In this document: positions 19,026-28,213 of the stretch, in pieces
Layout of the letters: the number at the start of each line of letters is the position of its first letter
Position numbering within the stretch: the first letter of the stretch is position 1
Assembly: GCA_030530825.1 (NCBI GenBank)
Contig: JAUMUF010000001.1
Coordinates: 322,757-386,756 of the forward strand
DNA length: 64,000 nucleotides
Source: a bacterium
GTDB taxonomy: Bacteria; Patescibacteriota; Saccharimonadia; Saccharimonadales; Saccharimonadaceae
Direction: 5' to 3'
Notes under the pieces: model-generated
What the model was told of the DNA's origin: nothing
The model's database searches: none
The model's input: the letters and a program-made list of their open reading frames with translations, nothing else
Position numbers and translations under genes: made by a program

Positions 19026-19144
19026 GAGAAAAATTGCGGAAAATTTATGAATTTCCACAGATTTTACGAGTGGGTTATTTTTCGGATTTTCCGCAGGCTC
19101 GCCGAGGACTTTTCGAAAAATAACTCATTCACCAAACGCTGAAA

Positions 19145-19173
19145 TTGACTTTTCTCACCGTTTATTCTATAAT
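19145..19173 (+). promoter_or_regulatory. sigma70-like promoter (TTGACT-17 nt-TATAAT) of the secreted-protein gene
   Basis: Read from the sequence. An AGGAGG SD lies at 19225-19230. Confidence 0.5.
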
Positions 19174-19238
19174 TAGAGTATATTTAGCACCTTTCATTTT
19201 TAAGATTATTGAGAGCGTGTTTTAAGGAGGAAAATCTT

Positions 19239-19928
19239 ATGAAGAATTTACTTAAAAAACTCGCTCTCGGAGCGATTGTTATGTTGTCGATCGGCGGAAA
19301 TGTCGTTCATGCTAACACTGATGAACTTCGAAATCAGTTGAACGATATCTTCAAGGATACGCCGCTTGTCCAGCCGGAGCAAGTCGAATCTTGGACGGAA
19401 AAAGGCAAAGAAAAATGGTCCGAAATCCGTGACAAGGCACGCGAAAAATTCCCCGAGTGGAAGGAGCGCGCCGCTGATACTTTTAGCGAAAGCAAGGAGT
19501 GGATCAAGACCTACTCCGACGCCAAAGGCATTTCAAGCGTGCCGGCGGAAGGATTTGCGTTCTTCGACCAAAATGGCGATAAAATCACCGAGCAGATCTT
19601 TGTCGCAGCGGAGAATAAAACTGTCCGCCGCCCAGAGATTTACTTCACTCGGCAAGATGGCTCTCGTCTCGAGAGTTTCACCTTCGAAGATGTTTTTGAT
19701 GAAGTTAACGCGACGCATCGATTTTTAAGAATCACCAGCCCACGAAAAATTCGCTCGCGGATTTTTCACTCCTTCGACATTTTCAAGGATAGCGCCTACT
19801 ATGTTTGGGCAGAACTTGAGTTTGAAGGTGTGAAAATCGTCCGCCCCGTGCCAGTTTCGAAAGAAACTTTCAAGGCTCTCAAAAAGTCAGCCGAAGGTAC
19901 GGAGTTTAAAGCGCTATATCAGAAGTAG
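19239..19928 (+). CDS. hypothetical secreted protein (signal peptide, VHA|NT cleavage site)
   Basis: The N-terminus MKNLLKKLALGAIVMLSIGGNVVHA is a typical Sec signal peptide. A strong SD and a terminator hairpin with a T run follow at about 19940-19975. Confidence 0.5.
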   Translation: MKNLLKKLALGAIVMLSIGGNVVHANTDELRNQLNDIFKDTPLVQPEQVESWTEKGKEKWSEIRDKAREKFPEWKERAADTFSESKEWIKTYSDAKGISSVPAEGFAFFDQNGDKITEQIFVAAENKTVRRPEIYFTRQDGSRLESFTFEDVFDEVNATHRFLRITSPRKIRSRIFHSFDIFKDSAYYVWAELEFEGVKIVRPVPVSKETFKALKKSAEGTEFKALYQK

Positions 19929-19937
19929 TGCTCACAC

Positions 19938-20003
19938 CAACCCCATTTCGACAGAGATGGGGATTTTTATTTTATAAAAAACGCCCACCAAAGTGAGCGT
20001 CGA
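19938..20003. terminator. pair of back-to-back terminators for the convergent genes 19239..19928(+) and 20008..20760(-)
   Basis: ccccat-ttcgacagag-atgggg + T run on the plus strand, and ACGCUCAC-uuug-GUGGGCGU + U6 on the minus strand. Confidence 0.5.
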
Positions 20004-20007
20004 GATT

Positions 20008-20760
20008 TTATTCTATCGCAATCATTTTGTTGCGCATAGGAATAATTTTATCGGAAGATTCTCGGCAAGAATTTAAGATCTCCTTAAATTCATCTTCATC
20101 AATCCTACTAAATAGCAAGTCTCTTGCCACAACAATGATCCGCCCAAGGAAGAATTGATCCAACTTTTTGAATAAGGTAAGAATTTTTTCAAACTCCCGA
20201 TCGTTAGAAACCGACAAGAGAATCGCAAGCTCCTTCAGCTTGCTCTTCTGTAAAGAATTAGCCTCCTTGCGATTGATTTTGGCAATATTCTTCTTGATTT
20301 CACCAATCAGCTCTTCAAGTCGAACATTTTTGCCTTTCGAAATAAGAAGTAACTGATAGAAATCGTTAGAAAAACCATTCCTCGCAAGCATCAGGACCTC
20401 CTCAGCAGTAATTGAGCTGTCATAGATAAGCTCATACCGCGTCCGCTCATCAAAGATATTGCGGAATTCGACCAGATACTTGGCCTTTTGTTGATCGATT
20501 GGCTTTTCCGCCAGAAATAAAGTTTTATTATAACCGATAAGCGCCAAGAAAATTTCAATCTGGTATTGTTCTTCTTTCAGCTCGAAGAGATCTTTTTCAA
20601 GATATTCGCTAATCTCAGGAAATTCGGTCTGAAGTTCATTTTCGACAAAGTCCCGAATTCTCGCAGCAATAATACTGCCAACATTAGAGAATTCTTCAAG
20701 CTTGCGCATTTCTGCATCAAAGCCAATCTGAAGAGAGCGAGAGAGATTGATTTGTGCCAT
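20008..20760 (-). CDS. hypothetical protein (250 aa, helical), third gene of the 22255->20008 operon
   Basis: ATG at 20760 (MAQINLSR) with an AGGAGGTG SD. No recognisable domain. Confidence 0.45.
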   Translation of the reverse strand: MAQINLSRSLQIGFDAEMRKLEEFSNVGSIIAARIRDFVENELQTEFPEISEYLEKDLFELKEEQYQIEIFLALIGYNKTLFLAEKPIDQQKAKYLVEFRNIFDERTRYELIYDSSITAEEVLMLARNGFSNDFYQLLLISKGKNVRLEELIGEIKKNIAKINRKEANSLQKSKLKELAILLSVSNDREFEKILTLFKKLDQFFLGRIIVVARDLLFSRIDEDEFKEILNSCRESSDKIIPMRNKMIAIE

Positions 20761-20877
20761 AAAGCACCTCCTAAATTTACTAACAGCTCGCGCGAGCCAT
20801 CGTTCAGTCAAATTTTAACATTTTATCGCAATAAAGTCAAGATTAAGCAAAATAAAAGACGACTTCAAGTCGCCTTA

Positions 20878-21768
20878 TTACTTCGCTACAACTCTTCTCT
20901 TGAAGAGTTTGGGGAAGTTTTTCTTTTTGAGGGTTCCGCGGTTTTTGGCGATGGATTTTAGAATCCCCTTCATCACCTTATCGCCACGATTTTCATCAAA
21001 ATCATACTCCGACAAAAGTTGCTCAGCCTCCAAAAACGCAAAATCTTTGAGATTAACGCGTGATGCCAACACAACCTGAATCGTGCGGAGCTTCAGCTCA
21101 ATATCTTCAAGGCGCTCCTGCTGCTGGCTGAATTTATCAAATTCTTCATCAATAATCTCGGCGACACCCTGATCTTCATCATCGTAATCTTCTTCCGCCA
21201 TCATAATCCGCTCAATCTTAGCATCAACTTGCGCCGCGCAAAATTTAGAATAATTGACAACTTCACAAAAATTGACAAAACAGCTCTCGAGCGACATCTC
21301 AAAGATCTCCGTAAATCGACACTTTAACGCGCTAGCGCAAAGTTCCGACTCTAAAGCCTCATCCCATAGCTCTTGACTCTCAAAAAACTCCGTCCAAGCG
21401 CTCAGATCATCTGCAATCTCGGTCAATCTACCGCCAAATTCGACAGAATTATCAGGATTTTTAGCCCAACTTTTAGCTCGAAGGATCGCAATTCTCCCAT
21501 TTAGTAATTCAAACTCATCTAAATTGCGCGGATCTTGGCTTGATAAATCATGGATATATGTCGCTAAAATCTCACAATGATCACCAAAATAAACGCCCTC
21601 TCCTCGCTCAATCTCCTCCAGAATTTCCAAAGTGCGAAAAAGCTCCTCGATATCTCTATAATTGGCGAGTTTGATCAGATTTACAATCCCTTGCTTGACA
21701 GCGTTGATTTTATTGCTATCCAAGTCCCGCTCCATTTTTAGCAGAACCTCCTGAACTTTTTCGCTCAT
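20878..21768 (-). CDS. hypothetical acidic protein (296 aa)
   Basis: Clean ORF, 4 nt after the stop of the upstream gene. Highly acidic Asp/Glu runs and no motif. Confidence 0.45.
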   Translation of the reverse strand: MSEKVQEVLLKMERDLDSNKINAVKQGIVNLIKLANYRDIEELFRTLEILEEIERGEGVYFGDHCEILATYIHDLSSQDPRNLDEFELLNGRIAILRAKSWAKNPDNSVEFGGRLTEIADDLSAWTEFFESQELWDEALESELCASALKCRFTEIFEMSLESCFVNFCEVVNYSKFCAAQVDAKIERIMMAEEDYDDEDQGVAEIIDEEFDKFSQQQERLEDIELKLRTIQVVLASRVNLKDFAFLEAEQLLSEYDFDENRGDKVMKGILKSIAKNRGTLKKKNFPKLFKRRVVAK

Positions 21769-21772
21769 AATT

Positions 21773-22255
21773 TCACCCCTTTTCTAATTGAAAACGCCCG
21801 TCCATAAATTCATCCTTGGGGCGCGCCCAGATAGTGTCGTCGGTTTTATCAACACACTGGTAGTTCAGAAAAATTGATCCTGTGGCATCGATTTTACTCT
21901 CAAACAGCAAGCGATACCTTTCGCCCGTCTTCATATGACGATAAATCGCGCCGATTTTAACCTTTTTTAGCGGCGGAAATGGGTTTTCACCAAGAACTTC
22001 TTCAATCATCGCTTTAATTTCAAGCGAACAGTCGTCCTCTCTATCCGGCTCAACTTCACCTCCATAAACTAAAAAACTCACGGTTTCCCGCATATCGACA
22101 AAATAAACGCTCAAATCCATCTCGCGAAGACTCTTCGGTACGGCGGAAATCCGCACTCGAGCGCCAAATTTTTTATGGATCACTCCTATAATCTGCCGCT
22201 GAATCGGCGAGTAATCGTGCGAGCCCTTCGCAATTTCATCTCTGATTGGCTCCAT
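21773..22255 (-). CDS. DUF1653-domain protein with ~90-aa N-terminal extension
   Basis: The C-terminal GAIYRHMKTGERYRLL...WARPKDEFMDGRF matches the DUF1653 signature (YRHYKGG..Y...W.RP...F). A GGAGGAAG SD lies upstream. Confidence 0.45.
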   Translation of the reverse strand: MEPIRDEIAKGSHDYSPIQRQIIGVIHKKFGARVRISAVPKSLREMDLSVYFVDMRETVSFLVYGGEVEPDREDDCSLEIKAMIEEVLGENPFPPLKKVKIGAIYRHMKTGERYRLLFESKIDATGSIFLNYQCVDKTDDTIWARPKDEFMDGRFQLEKG

Positions 22256-22397
22256 ACAACTTCCTCCTTAAAGTGCTTTCGAAATTTCGAAATAATATGC
22301 GCATATCTTACCACACTTTTCTCAAATAATCAACAAAATCAACCCGCCGTTCAACGAGTTGATTTTATATATGCGATGGTTCAAAGCTATTATTTTA

Positions 22398-23681
22398 TTA
22401 CTTCGAGTTGAGTTCGACAAGGCGGTCGACAGCCTTTTCGGTCAGGATTTGGTTAGCGAGATCGCTTCGAACGGCATCGCTTTCGAGTTGTTTGAGCGCG
22501 TCTTTGTTCTTGCCGTATTGAAGTTTGAGTTGCGCAATACGAGCATCAACTTCTTCCAAGGAAGCCTCGATCTTTTCCGCTTTGGAGAGTTCCGCCAAAG
22601 CAAGACCGGCCTTAACACGAGTTTCTGCCACCTGTTTTACATCTGTTTCTAGCCATTCGTCACGAGTCTTGCCCATTCTTTCAAGATACTGCTCAAGCGA
22701 AAGTCCAGAGTAGAGCAAATTTTGGTTCATATCAAGTTCGATCGAGCGCTTTTGGTCTTCGAGCAGAATTTCTGGAACTGGAACAGTTGAGATCTCAGCA
22801 AGTTCCGCCACGAGAGCGTCCTTAAATTTCTCATCCGCTTCGTGATTTTTGCGTTCGAGAAGATCAGACTCAATCTGTTTTTCGAAGTCTTCTGCGGTCT
22901 TGAAATCTCCCAATTTCTTGAGAAGTTCCGCGTCAAGTTCTGGGACGACACTCTCTCTAACTTCGTGGATTTTTACTTCAAAAACAACTTTCGCGCCAGC
23001 GAGATCTTTTGAGTGATAATCTTTCGGAAATTCGAGGTCAAGCGCGAGTTCTTCGCCGGCTTTTTTACCTACAAGACCATCTTCGAAGCCAGGGATAAAG
23101 GAGTTGGAGCCAAGTTCGAGCGGGAATTTTTCCGCTTTTCCGCCATCAAACGCCACGCCGTCTTTTTTGCCCAAAAAGTCAATCAAAACCTCATCGCCGT
23201 TCTTGGCAGCACGATCAACTTTTTCTTTTTTGGCAAAGTTTTTCTTGATCATTTCAAGAGTTTCTTTGATTTTCTTTTCGGAAACTTCGACCTTGTCTTT
23301 CTTAGTCTTTAGTTTTTTGTAATTTCCGAGCTTAACTTCTGGCAAAATTTCTGCTTCCGCCGTGAATTCAATCTCTTGACCAGGCACAAACTTGGTGATT
23401 TCAACCTCTGGTCGATTAAGTGCGCGGATTTCCTCCTTCAAGAATGCCTCAGCGACAGCCTTCGAAATCGCATTTTCCATAGTTTCATTAGTCAAAGTGG
23501 CAGGATCGATATTTTTCGCAACCGCTTCAAGAGGCGCCTTGCCCTTTCGAAACCCACTTACTTTAACATCTTTAGCAAGTTTTGTCAAAGCAACTTGCTC
23601 CGCTGCGGCAATTTCTTCTTCTCCAAGAGAAATCGTCAAGCGAACTTTTACATCTGAAATTTTCTCAACTTGTGTCTTCAT
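22398..23681 (-). CDS. tig: trigger factor
   Basis: 427 aa. N-terminal MKTQVEKISDVKVRLTI, a central PPIase-like region (GFRKGKAP) and a C-terminal helical arm. Confidence 0.9.
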   Translation of the reverse strand: MKTQVEKISDVKVRLTISLGEEEIAAAEQVALTKLAKDVKVSGFRKGKAPLEAVAKNIDPATLTNETMENAISKAVAEAFLKEEIRALNRPEVEITKFVPGQEIEFTAEAEILPEVKLGNYKKLKTKKDKVEVSEKKIKETLEMIKKNFAKKEKVDRAAKNGDEVLIDFLGKKDGVAFDGGKAEKFPLELGSNSFIPGFEDGLVGKKAGEELALDLEFPKDYHSKDLAGAKVVFEVKIHEVRESVVPELDAELLKKLGDFKTAEDFEKQIESDLLERKNHEADEKFKDALVAELAEISTVPVPEILLEDQKRSIELDMNQNLLYSGLSLEQYLERMGKTRDEWLETDVKQVAETRVKAGLALAELSKAEKIEASLEEVDARIAQLKLQYGKNKDALKQLESDAVRSDLANQILTEKAVDRLVELNSK

Positions 23682-23772
23682 ATGCTTTCTATTTTATCAC
23701 GAAAAAGATTTTTTAGCAAAATTCGAACAAAATAAAAAAAGCCCGAAGTATTAAACTCCGAGCGAAGATGGA

Positions 23773-24054
23773 TCAGTCATAATTCTCTATATTGTCAGAT
23801 TTAAAAATATACAAAACAATCAGCGCAAAGATAAAATAATAGCCAACCCATAAAAATACTAAATTCCAACCAGAGATTGACAAAAGCATCATCAAAACGA
23901 TGGGAGTAAAAAACCACAAAATAGTAAAAAATGCTATAACTTTACCGAGATGATCAATAAGCTTATCGCCAATTAAATGCGAAAATCCAAACATAATGCC
24001 TATAAGCATAATAGAAACAACCAATCCGCCAAAAAATGAAAGAACTAAACCCAT
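23773..24054 (-). CDS. small membrane protein (93 aa, 3 TM)
   Basis: Hydrophobic ORF with its own TTGACA-17-TAAAAT promoter and a GGAGGTGG SD. Confidence 0.4.
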   Translation of the reverse strand: MGLVLSFFGGLVVSIMLIGIMFGFSHLIGDKLIDHLGKVIAFFTILWFFTPIVLMMLLSISGWNLVFLWVGYYFIFALIVLYIFKSDNIENYD

Positions 24055-24129
24055 AACCCACCTCCAAATTTTATTTTCGAAGTTCTGAATATTGAGAACT
24101 TCAAATTTTGAATTATGATTTCGAAAATA

Positions 24130-24158
24130 ATTTTATCAGATTATTGCTATTTTGTCAA
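24130..24158 (-). promoter_or_regulatory. near-consensus sigma70 promoter (TTGACA-17 nt-TAAAAT) for the 23773..24054 gene
   Basis: Read from the sequence. A TTTTCGAAAT palindrome lies just downstream of the -10. Confidence 0.5.
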
Positions 24159-24707
24159 ATTATGGCGACGGACAAATTCATACATCACGATCCCGCTCGC
24201 CACGCCAACATTAACACTGCGAGTTGAGCCAAATTGCTCGATCGCCACCATCTTTTCACAAGAGTCAATCATCTCTCTTGACAAACCATCGCTTTCATTG
24301 CCGAATATAAGGACAGAATTTTCTGGCAATTCCGTCTCAGAAAGATTCTCGGCGCCATTCTGATTATCAATGGCTATCATTTTTAAGCCAGAATTCTTCG
24401 CCCAAGAAACAAAATCCTCGACCGTCTTATGATGAAAAACATCCATATAAGCCTCTGTTTTCATCGCGCCGCGGCGATTCCAATGTCGACGCCCAATGAT
24501 ATGAATTCCGCCAGCATTAAAAGCATTGGCGTTGCGAGCAATCGTACCAATATTAAAGTCATGCTGGAAATTTTCTATTGCAACATGAAAACAATTCCTT
24601 GATTTGTCAAGGCGAGATTTAACCTCTTCCACACTCAACCCCTTAAATTTATCAATAAGATTGCGTGTATCATTTTGTGGAGTTAAGTTATTTTCCGCTT
24701 CGGACAT
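24147..24707 (-). CDS. SpoU/TrmH-family RNA 2'-O-methyltransferase
   Basis: The C-terminal motifs VFGNESDGLS and NVGVASGIVMYEF are typical of the SPOUT class. Confidence 0.75.
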   Translation of the reverse strand: MSEAENNLTPQNDTRNLIDKFKGLSVEEVKSRLDKSRNCFHVAIENFQHDFNIGTIARNANAFNAGGIHIIGRRHWNRRGAMKTEAYMDVFHHKTVEDFVSWAKNSGLKMIAIDNQNGAENLSETELPENSVLIFGNESDGLSREMIDSCEKMVAIEQFGSTRSVNVGVASGIVMYEFVRRHNLTK

Positions 24708-26286
24708 TCTTGACCAACTCTTTGGCGTTAACCAAGCCTTTGACGCCTTTGTTCAAGATGTTATTAGGGTCAAAAATTTCTCGAACTTCGTCAAAAACTT
24801 TAAGCACATCGTCATCCAAATATCGCGCCACAAAACTTCCGTAAATCCTGCCCTCACCCGCACCAAAGCCGAATTCCCCATCGACAGTCGCAAGAAGCGC
24901 GTTGAGATCTGTGATAAATTGGAGAGCCTTACGCCTATCGCTCACCTTGGAAAAGTCAAATTCTGCCAAAATCTCAAACACATTAGTCAAAGCAGAGCCT
25001 TGAACGGGCGCCGGAATGCTATGCTTAAGCGCCAATTTCTGAAGCCCAAGATAAAATTGCTCAAATCGCTCAAGAGGCACATAAACACCTTGAATCGGAT
25101 AAATCTCCTCTTTAATAACGCCTGCACGACTGCGCAAAATCTCTCGCACATCACGGATAGTTTCAAGTTCCGCCTTTTCAGCCTCGCTATCATCAGGAGC
25201 CCAAGTTGTCGCCCCATCAAATCGCTCCGCCAGACCCTCAATTTTCTTAAAGGTCTGCTTAATCTTTTTCGAAGTTTTATCAGAAATTCCAACCACCAGC
25301 ACAAGTTTAGTAGCCAACTTTTTCGAAACGCGGTCAAGATAGAAGTCGTATTTTTTCCCGCTCGCCACAGCCGCTTCAAACATTTTTCCATCGAAAAGTT
25401 CAATAATATTGGGCTGGAATTTTTTACTTAGATCAATAAAATCGCGCGCATCATCCCTATTAGAAAACGCCACAACCATAAATTTAGTCTCATCAACGAT
25501 ATATTCAGCACGGAAATCCGCCTCTGTAATCACGCCAAGCGTTCCGAGAGAGCCAAAAAATAGCGGAGTAAGGTCAAAACTTCCATCAGGTAATTTAACC
25601 TTAGTAAGACCGTTATAGCCATAACTAGCATCGGCATCAATTTTGCTGATAGCACTTTGGCTTTCTTCAATCAAAGCATCGAGTTTGCGGTAAACTTCTC
25701 CTTCAAAATCTTGCTGCGCCAACTTTTCACCAAGTTCCTTTTTACTAATTCTGCCCGTTTTAATGACCGAGCCATCACTCAGAATAACTTCAAGGCTTCT
25801 GGTAACATCTAAAAGTGTCCCGTGATTGAATTTCTCGCTCGGAAGATTCATCGCGATCGCACCGCCAACAGTTAAGCGCTCGCCAGCGGGGCTCGACAGA
25901 ATACTCATCGCCTGAGATGCAATCGCCAAATTTAACTTAGAAAAATTAGCCCCAGCCTGAACTTTAACGCTTCTCGTTCTGATATCGAGTTCTTTAACAT
26001 TATCCATATGGCGAGAGATATCCAACACGATACCATTGGTAATCGACGAGCCATCAGTGCTTCCGCCAAAACCGCGTGCAGTCACGGGTATGTTATGCCC
26101 CTTTTCTGCTAACTGCCAAGAGAAACGCATGATTTTGCGAATATCATCCGCGATTCTCGGAAAGACAACCAGATTTGGCTGGATTTTCAAGATGCTTCTG
26201 TCTGTCGAAAAATTCCGCAATCGCGATTCGCGCGCAGAAACTTCGCCCAAAATATGTCCATTTAGATATTTCGCAATTTTACTCAT
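24688..26286 (-). CDS. FAD-linked oxidase (GlcD / D-lactate dehydrogenase-like, PCMH-type FAD-binding domain)
   Basis: ~530 aa with N-terminal ILGEVS...P.LVVFP...VTARGFGGS FAD-binding motifs. Start placed at the MSK ATG at 26286, or the MVAM ATG at 26295. The -10 element TGTGATAAAATGG overlaps the start, so the mRNA may be leaderless. Confidence 0.65.
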   Translation of the reverse strand: MSKIAKYLNGHILGEVSARESRLRNFSTDRSILKIQPNLVVFPRIADDIRKIMRFSWQLAEKGHNIPVTARGFGGSTDGSSITNGIVLDISRHMDNVKELDIRTRSVKVQAGANFSKLNLAIASQAMSILSSPAGERLTVGGAIAMNLPSEKFNHGTLLDVTRSLEVILSDGSVIKTGRISKKELGEKLAQQDFEGEVYRKLDALIEESQSAISKIDADASYGYNGLTKVKLPDGSFDLTPLFFGSLGTLGVITEADFRAEYIVDETKFMVVAFSNRDDARDFIDLSKKFQPNIIELFDGKMFEAAVASGKKYDFYLDRVSKKLATKLVLVVGISDKTSKKIKQTFKKIEGLAERFDGATTWAPDDSEAEKAELETIRDVREILRSRAGVIKEEIYPIQGVYVPLERFEQFYLGLQKLALKHSIPAPVQGSALTNVFEILAEFDFSKVSDRRKALQFITDLNALLATVDGEFGFGAGEGRIYGSFVARYLDDDVLKVFDEVREIFDPNNILNKGVKGLVNAKELVKNVRSGK

Positions 26287-26368
26287 TGCCACCATTTTAT
26301 CACAAGCGCAATCAAAAAACAAGAGCGTTTTATTTTGCGCAAAACCCAATTTATGATAAAATAGAGTC

Positions 26369-27220
26369 ATGTATTCTCGAGCAACGCCTTTGGAGGGCTT
26401 TGACAAAATCATCGGCACGCATCAAAAAATCGACCGCGCCGCATTTTTAACATTGAGAAAATTACGCAAGCAGACATTGCCTCAGTCCAAAATCCACTTT
26501 CCGAGTATTGAAGAAATTTTACGATTCGAGGGCTCCGGCGGTCCAGACGGTATAAAAACCAAGTTGCCGGGCAAAGATGAGCCTTGGCATTTTGTCGACC
26601 CTTACGGCGACAATTCGCAAATGAAAAATTATGTTAAAAACCATTTGGAAAATTTGTCAAATGCTCTCGTTGAAAAAAATTATGTTCGAGCAAGTTTTGA
26701 GGCGGGCTGGATGGCGCACGCAATTACTGATGCGCTAACCCCTGCTCACCAGTATCCAATGGAGGACAAAATCATCGAGATTTCTGGCAAACACCCCAGC
26801 GAGCGCGTTAAACTCAATCAAAAAATGTTCCTTCCGGGAGAAACCATCCGTCGTCGCCTCACCAACAACTGGAAATATCTCGGGCCTAAAGGCGTGATGT
26901 CCTCACATATGCTTTACGAGATGGGCGTGGCAGTTCTCATTACCTCAATCGCTCCCAAAAGATTCTCAAAAACACCTCCAGAAGAAGAAATTCAGCGCTT
27001 GATTGACGGCAATTTTATAACACTTTTTGAAGAGAAAATCAAATTTGTCGCAGACCAGCGCCATTATCAGCGTTTTATCAAAAAAGGCTGGAATTCTCGC
27101 CTTGCCCGCGAAACCAAAACCGTGCTTTTGCCAGAGATCTCATCCGTCGTCGCGCTTGCTTGGCTTGAAGGTATACGCCTCGCGGAAGCCAAACTTAACA
27201 CCAAAAAGGAAAAATTATGA
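26369..27220 (+). CDS. zinc-dependent phospholipase C / P1-nuclease superfamily protein (cytoplasmic type)
   Basis: H-x3-D-x3-P-x-H (HAITDALTPAH) matches the PC-PLC HYLGDVNQPMH zinc site. WHFVDPY matches the HFYDPD motif. No signal peptide. Confidence 0.5.
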   Translation: MYSRATPLEGFDKIIGTHQKIDRAAFLTLRKLRKQTLPQSKIHFPSIEEILRFEGSGGPDGIKTKLPGKDEPWHFVDPYGDNSQMKNYVKNHLENLSNALVEKNYVRASFEAGWMAHAITDALTPAHQYPMEDKIIEISGKHPSERVKLNQKMFLPGETIRRRLTNNWKYLGPKGVMSSHMLYEMGVAVLITSIAPKRFSKTPPEEEIQRLIDGNFITLFEEKIKFVADQRHYQRFIKKGWNSRLARETKTVLLPEISSVVALAWLEGIRLAEAKLNTKKEKL

Positions 27221-27795
27221 ATATTCGCTTAATTTCTGGAATTTTCAAAAATCACAAAATCACTGCACCAAATTCTCGGCAAACCCACCCGATGAGCGAG
27301 CGCGTGCGAAATGCGATTTTCAACTCAATCCAGCACCAGATTCCAGAGGCAGAAGTCTTGGACGCTTTTGCAGGAACAGGAGCGCTGGGGCTTGAGGCAA
27401 TTTCTCGCGGGGCAAAATCCGCCACTTTTATCGAAAAAAACCGTCTCGCGCAAAAGATTTTAGCAGAAAACTTGACAATTCTTGACAAAAATGTTGAAGC
27501 AGGCTCCGCAAAACTCATCCGCGCGGGCGTTTCTGGCTGGCTCAATTCTACCCAAAGCCAGTTCGAAATTGGTGAAGTCACAGAAATTCCAACCTTCGAT
27601 ATCATTTTTACTGATCCACCTTATTACGACCCCCAATTTCCAACTATCGAGCGCCTCGCCGAGCGACTTCGAAATGGCGGAATTCTCATTCTTTCTCAGC
27701 CCAAAGAACTGGAAGATTTCTCCGCACCAAATCTACAAATCTTAAGCCAAAAAACCTACGCCGGCGCCAAAATTATCATTTTCGAGAAAAAATAA
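27217..27795 (+). CDS. rsmD: 16S rRNA (guanine966-N2)-methyltransferase
   Basis: DAFAGTGALGLEAISRG (SAM motif I) and the DPPY motif. Overlaps the upstream gene by 4 nt. Confidence 0.8.
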   Translation: MNIRLISGIFKNHKITAPNSRQTHPMSERVRNAIFNSIQHQIPEAEVLDAFAGTGALGLEAISRGAKSATFIEKNRLAQKILAENLTILDKNVEAGSAKLIRAGVSGWLNSTQSQFEIGEVTEIPTFDIIFTDPPYYDPQFPTIERLAERLRNGGILILSQPKELEDFSAPNLQILSQKTYAGAKIIIFEKK

Positions 27796-27816
27796 AAGCC
27801 CCAATTGGGGCGGAAA

Positions 27817-28113
27817 TTACTCCCCAGATTGACGCTTCATATATTTAATCTGAGATTTCAAATCACTAATTTCGGCTTGCCTAAACATGATCTTAGTAGC
27901 AAGCATATCGCGAATCATAATTTCAGTAAAAAATGAAACCATCAAGGCAATCATCGTCGCTACAAGAAAATCAGTCTTAGTGAACTTCTCCGAGAGCAGC
28001 TCCCAAGTAATAACTATAGCGGCTTTAACCCAAATATATCTAATGAACGAATTGAGCAGTAGCCACCGTGTAATCCAACTACATTTTCCGTAGATTTCTT
28101 CAAAGTCTTTCAT
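27817..28113 (-). CDS. small membrane protein (98 aa)
   Basis: Own TTGACA-17-TATATT promoter (about 28150-28178) and an AAGGAGGT SD. Confidence 0.4.
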   Translation of the reverse strand: MKDFEEIYGKCSWITRWLLLNSFIRYIWVKAAIVITWELLSEKFTKTDFLVATMIALMVSFFTEIMIRDMLATKIMFRQAEISDLKSQIKYMKRQSGE

Positions 28114-28213
28114 AAAAAGACCTCCTTCTGTATTTTTTAAGCAAACCAGAATCTAATTTTGGAATGTGCTAATAGAAAATATAACATATTAGAACGCTTT
28201 TGTCAATTTATCT

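Noticed and set aside
24604-25431. 275-aa plus-strand ORF overlapping the FAD-oxidase gene
   Set aside because: It is antisense to a well-supported minus-strand CDS. It has no SD or promoter and an Arg/Ser/Leu-rich composition typical of shadow frames.
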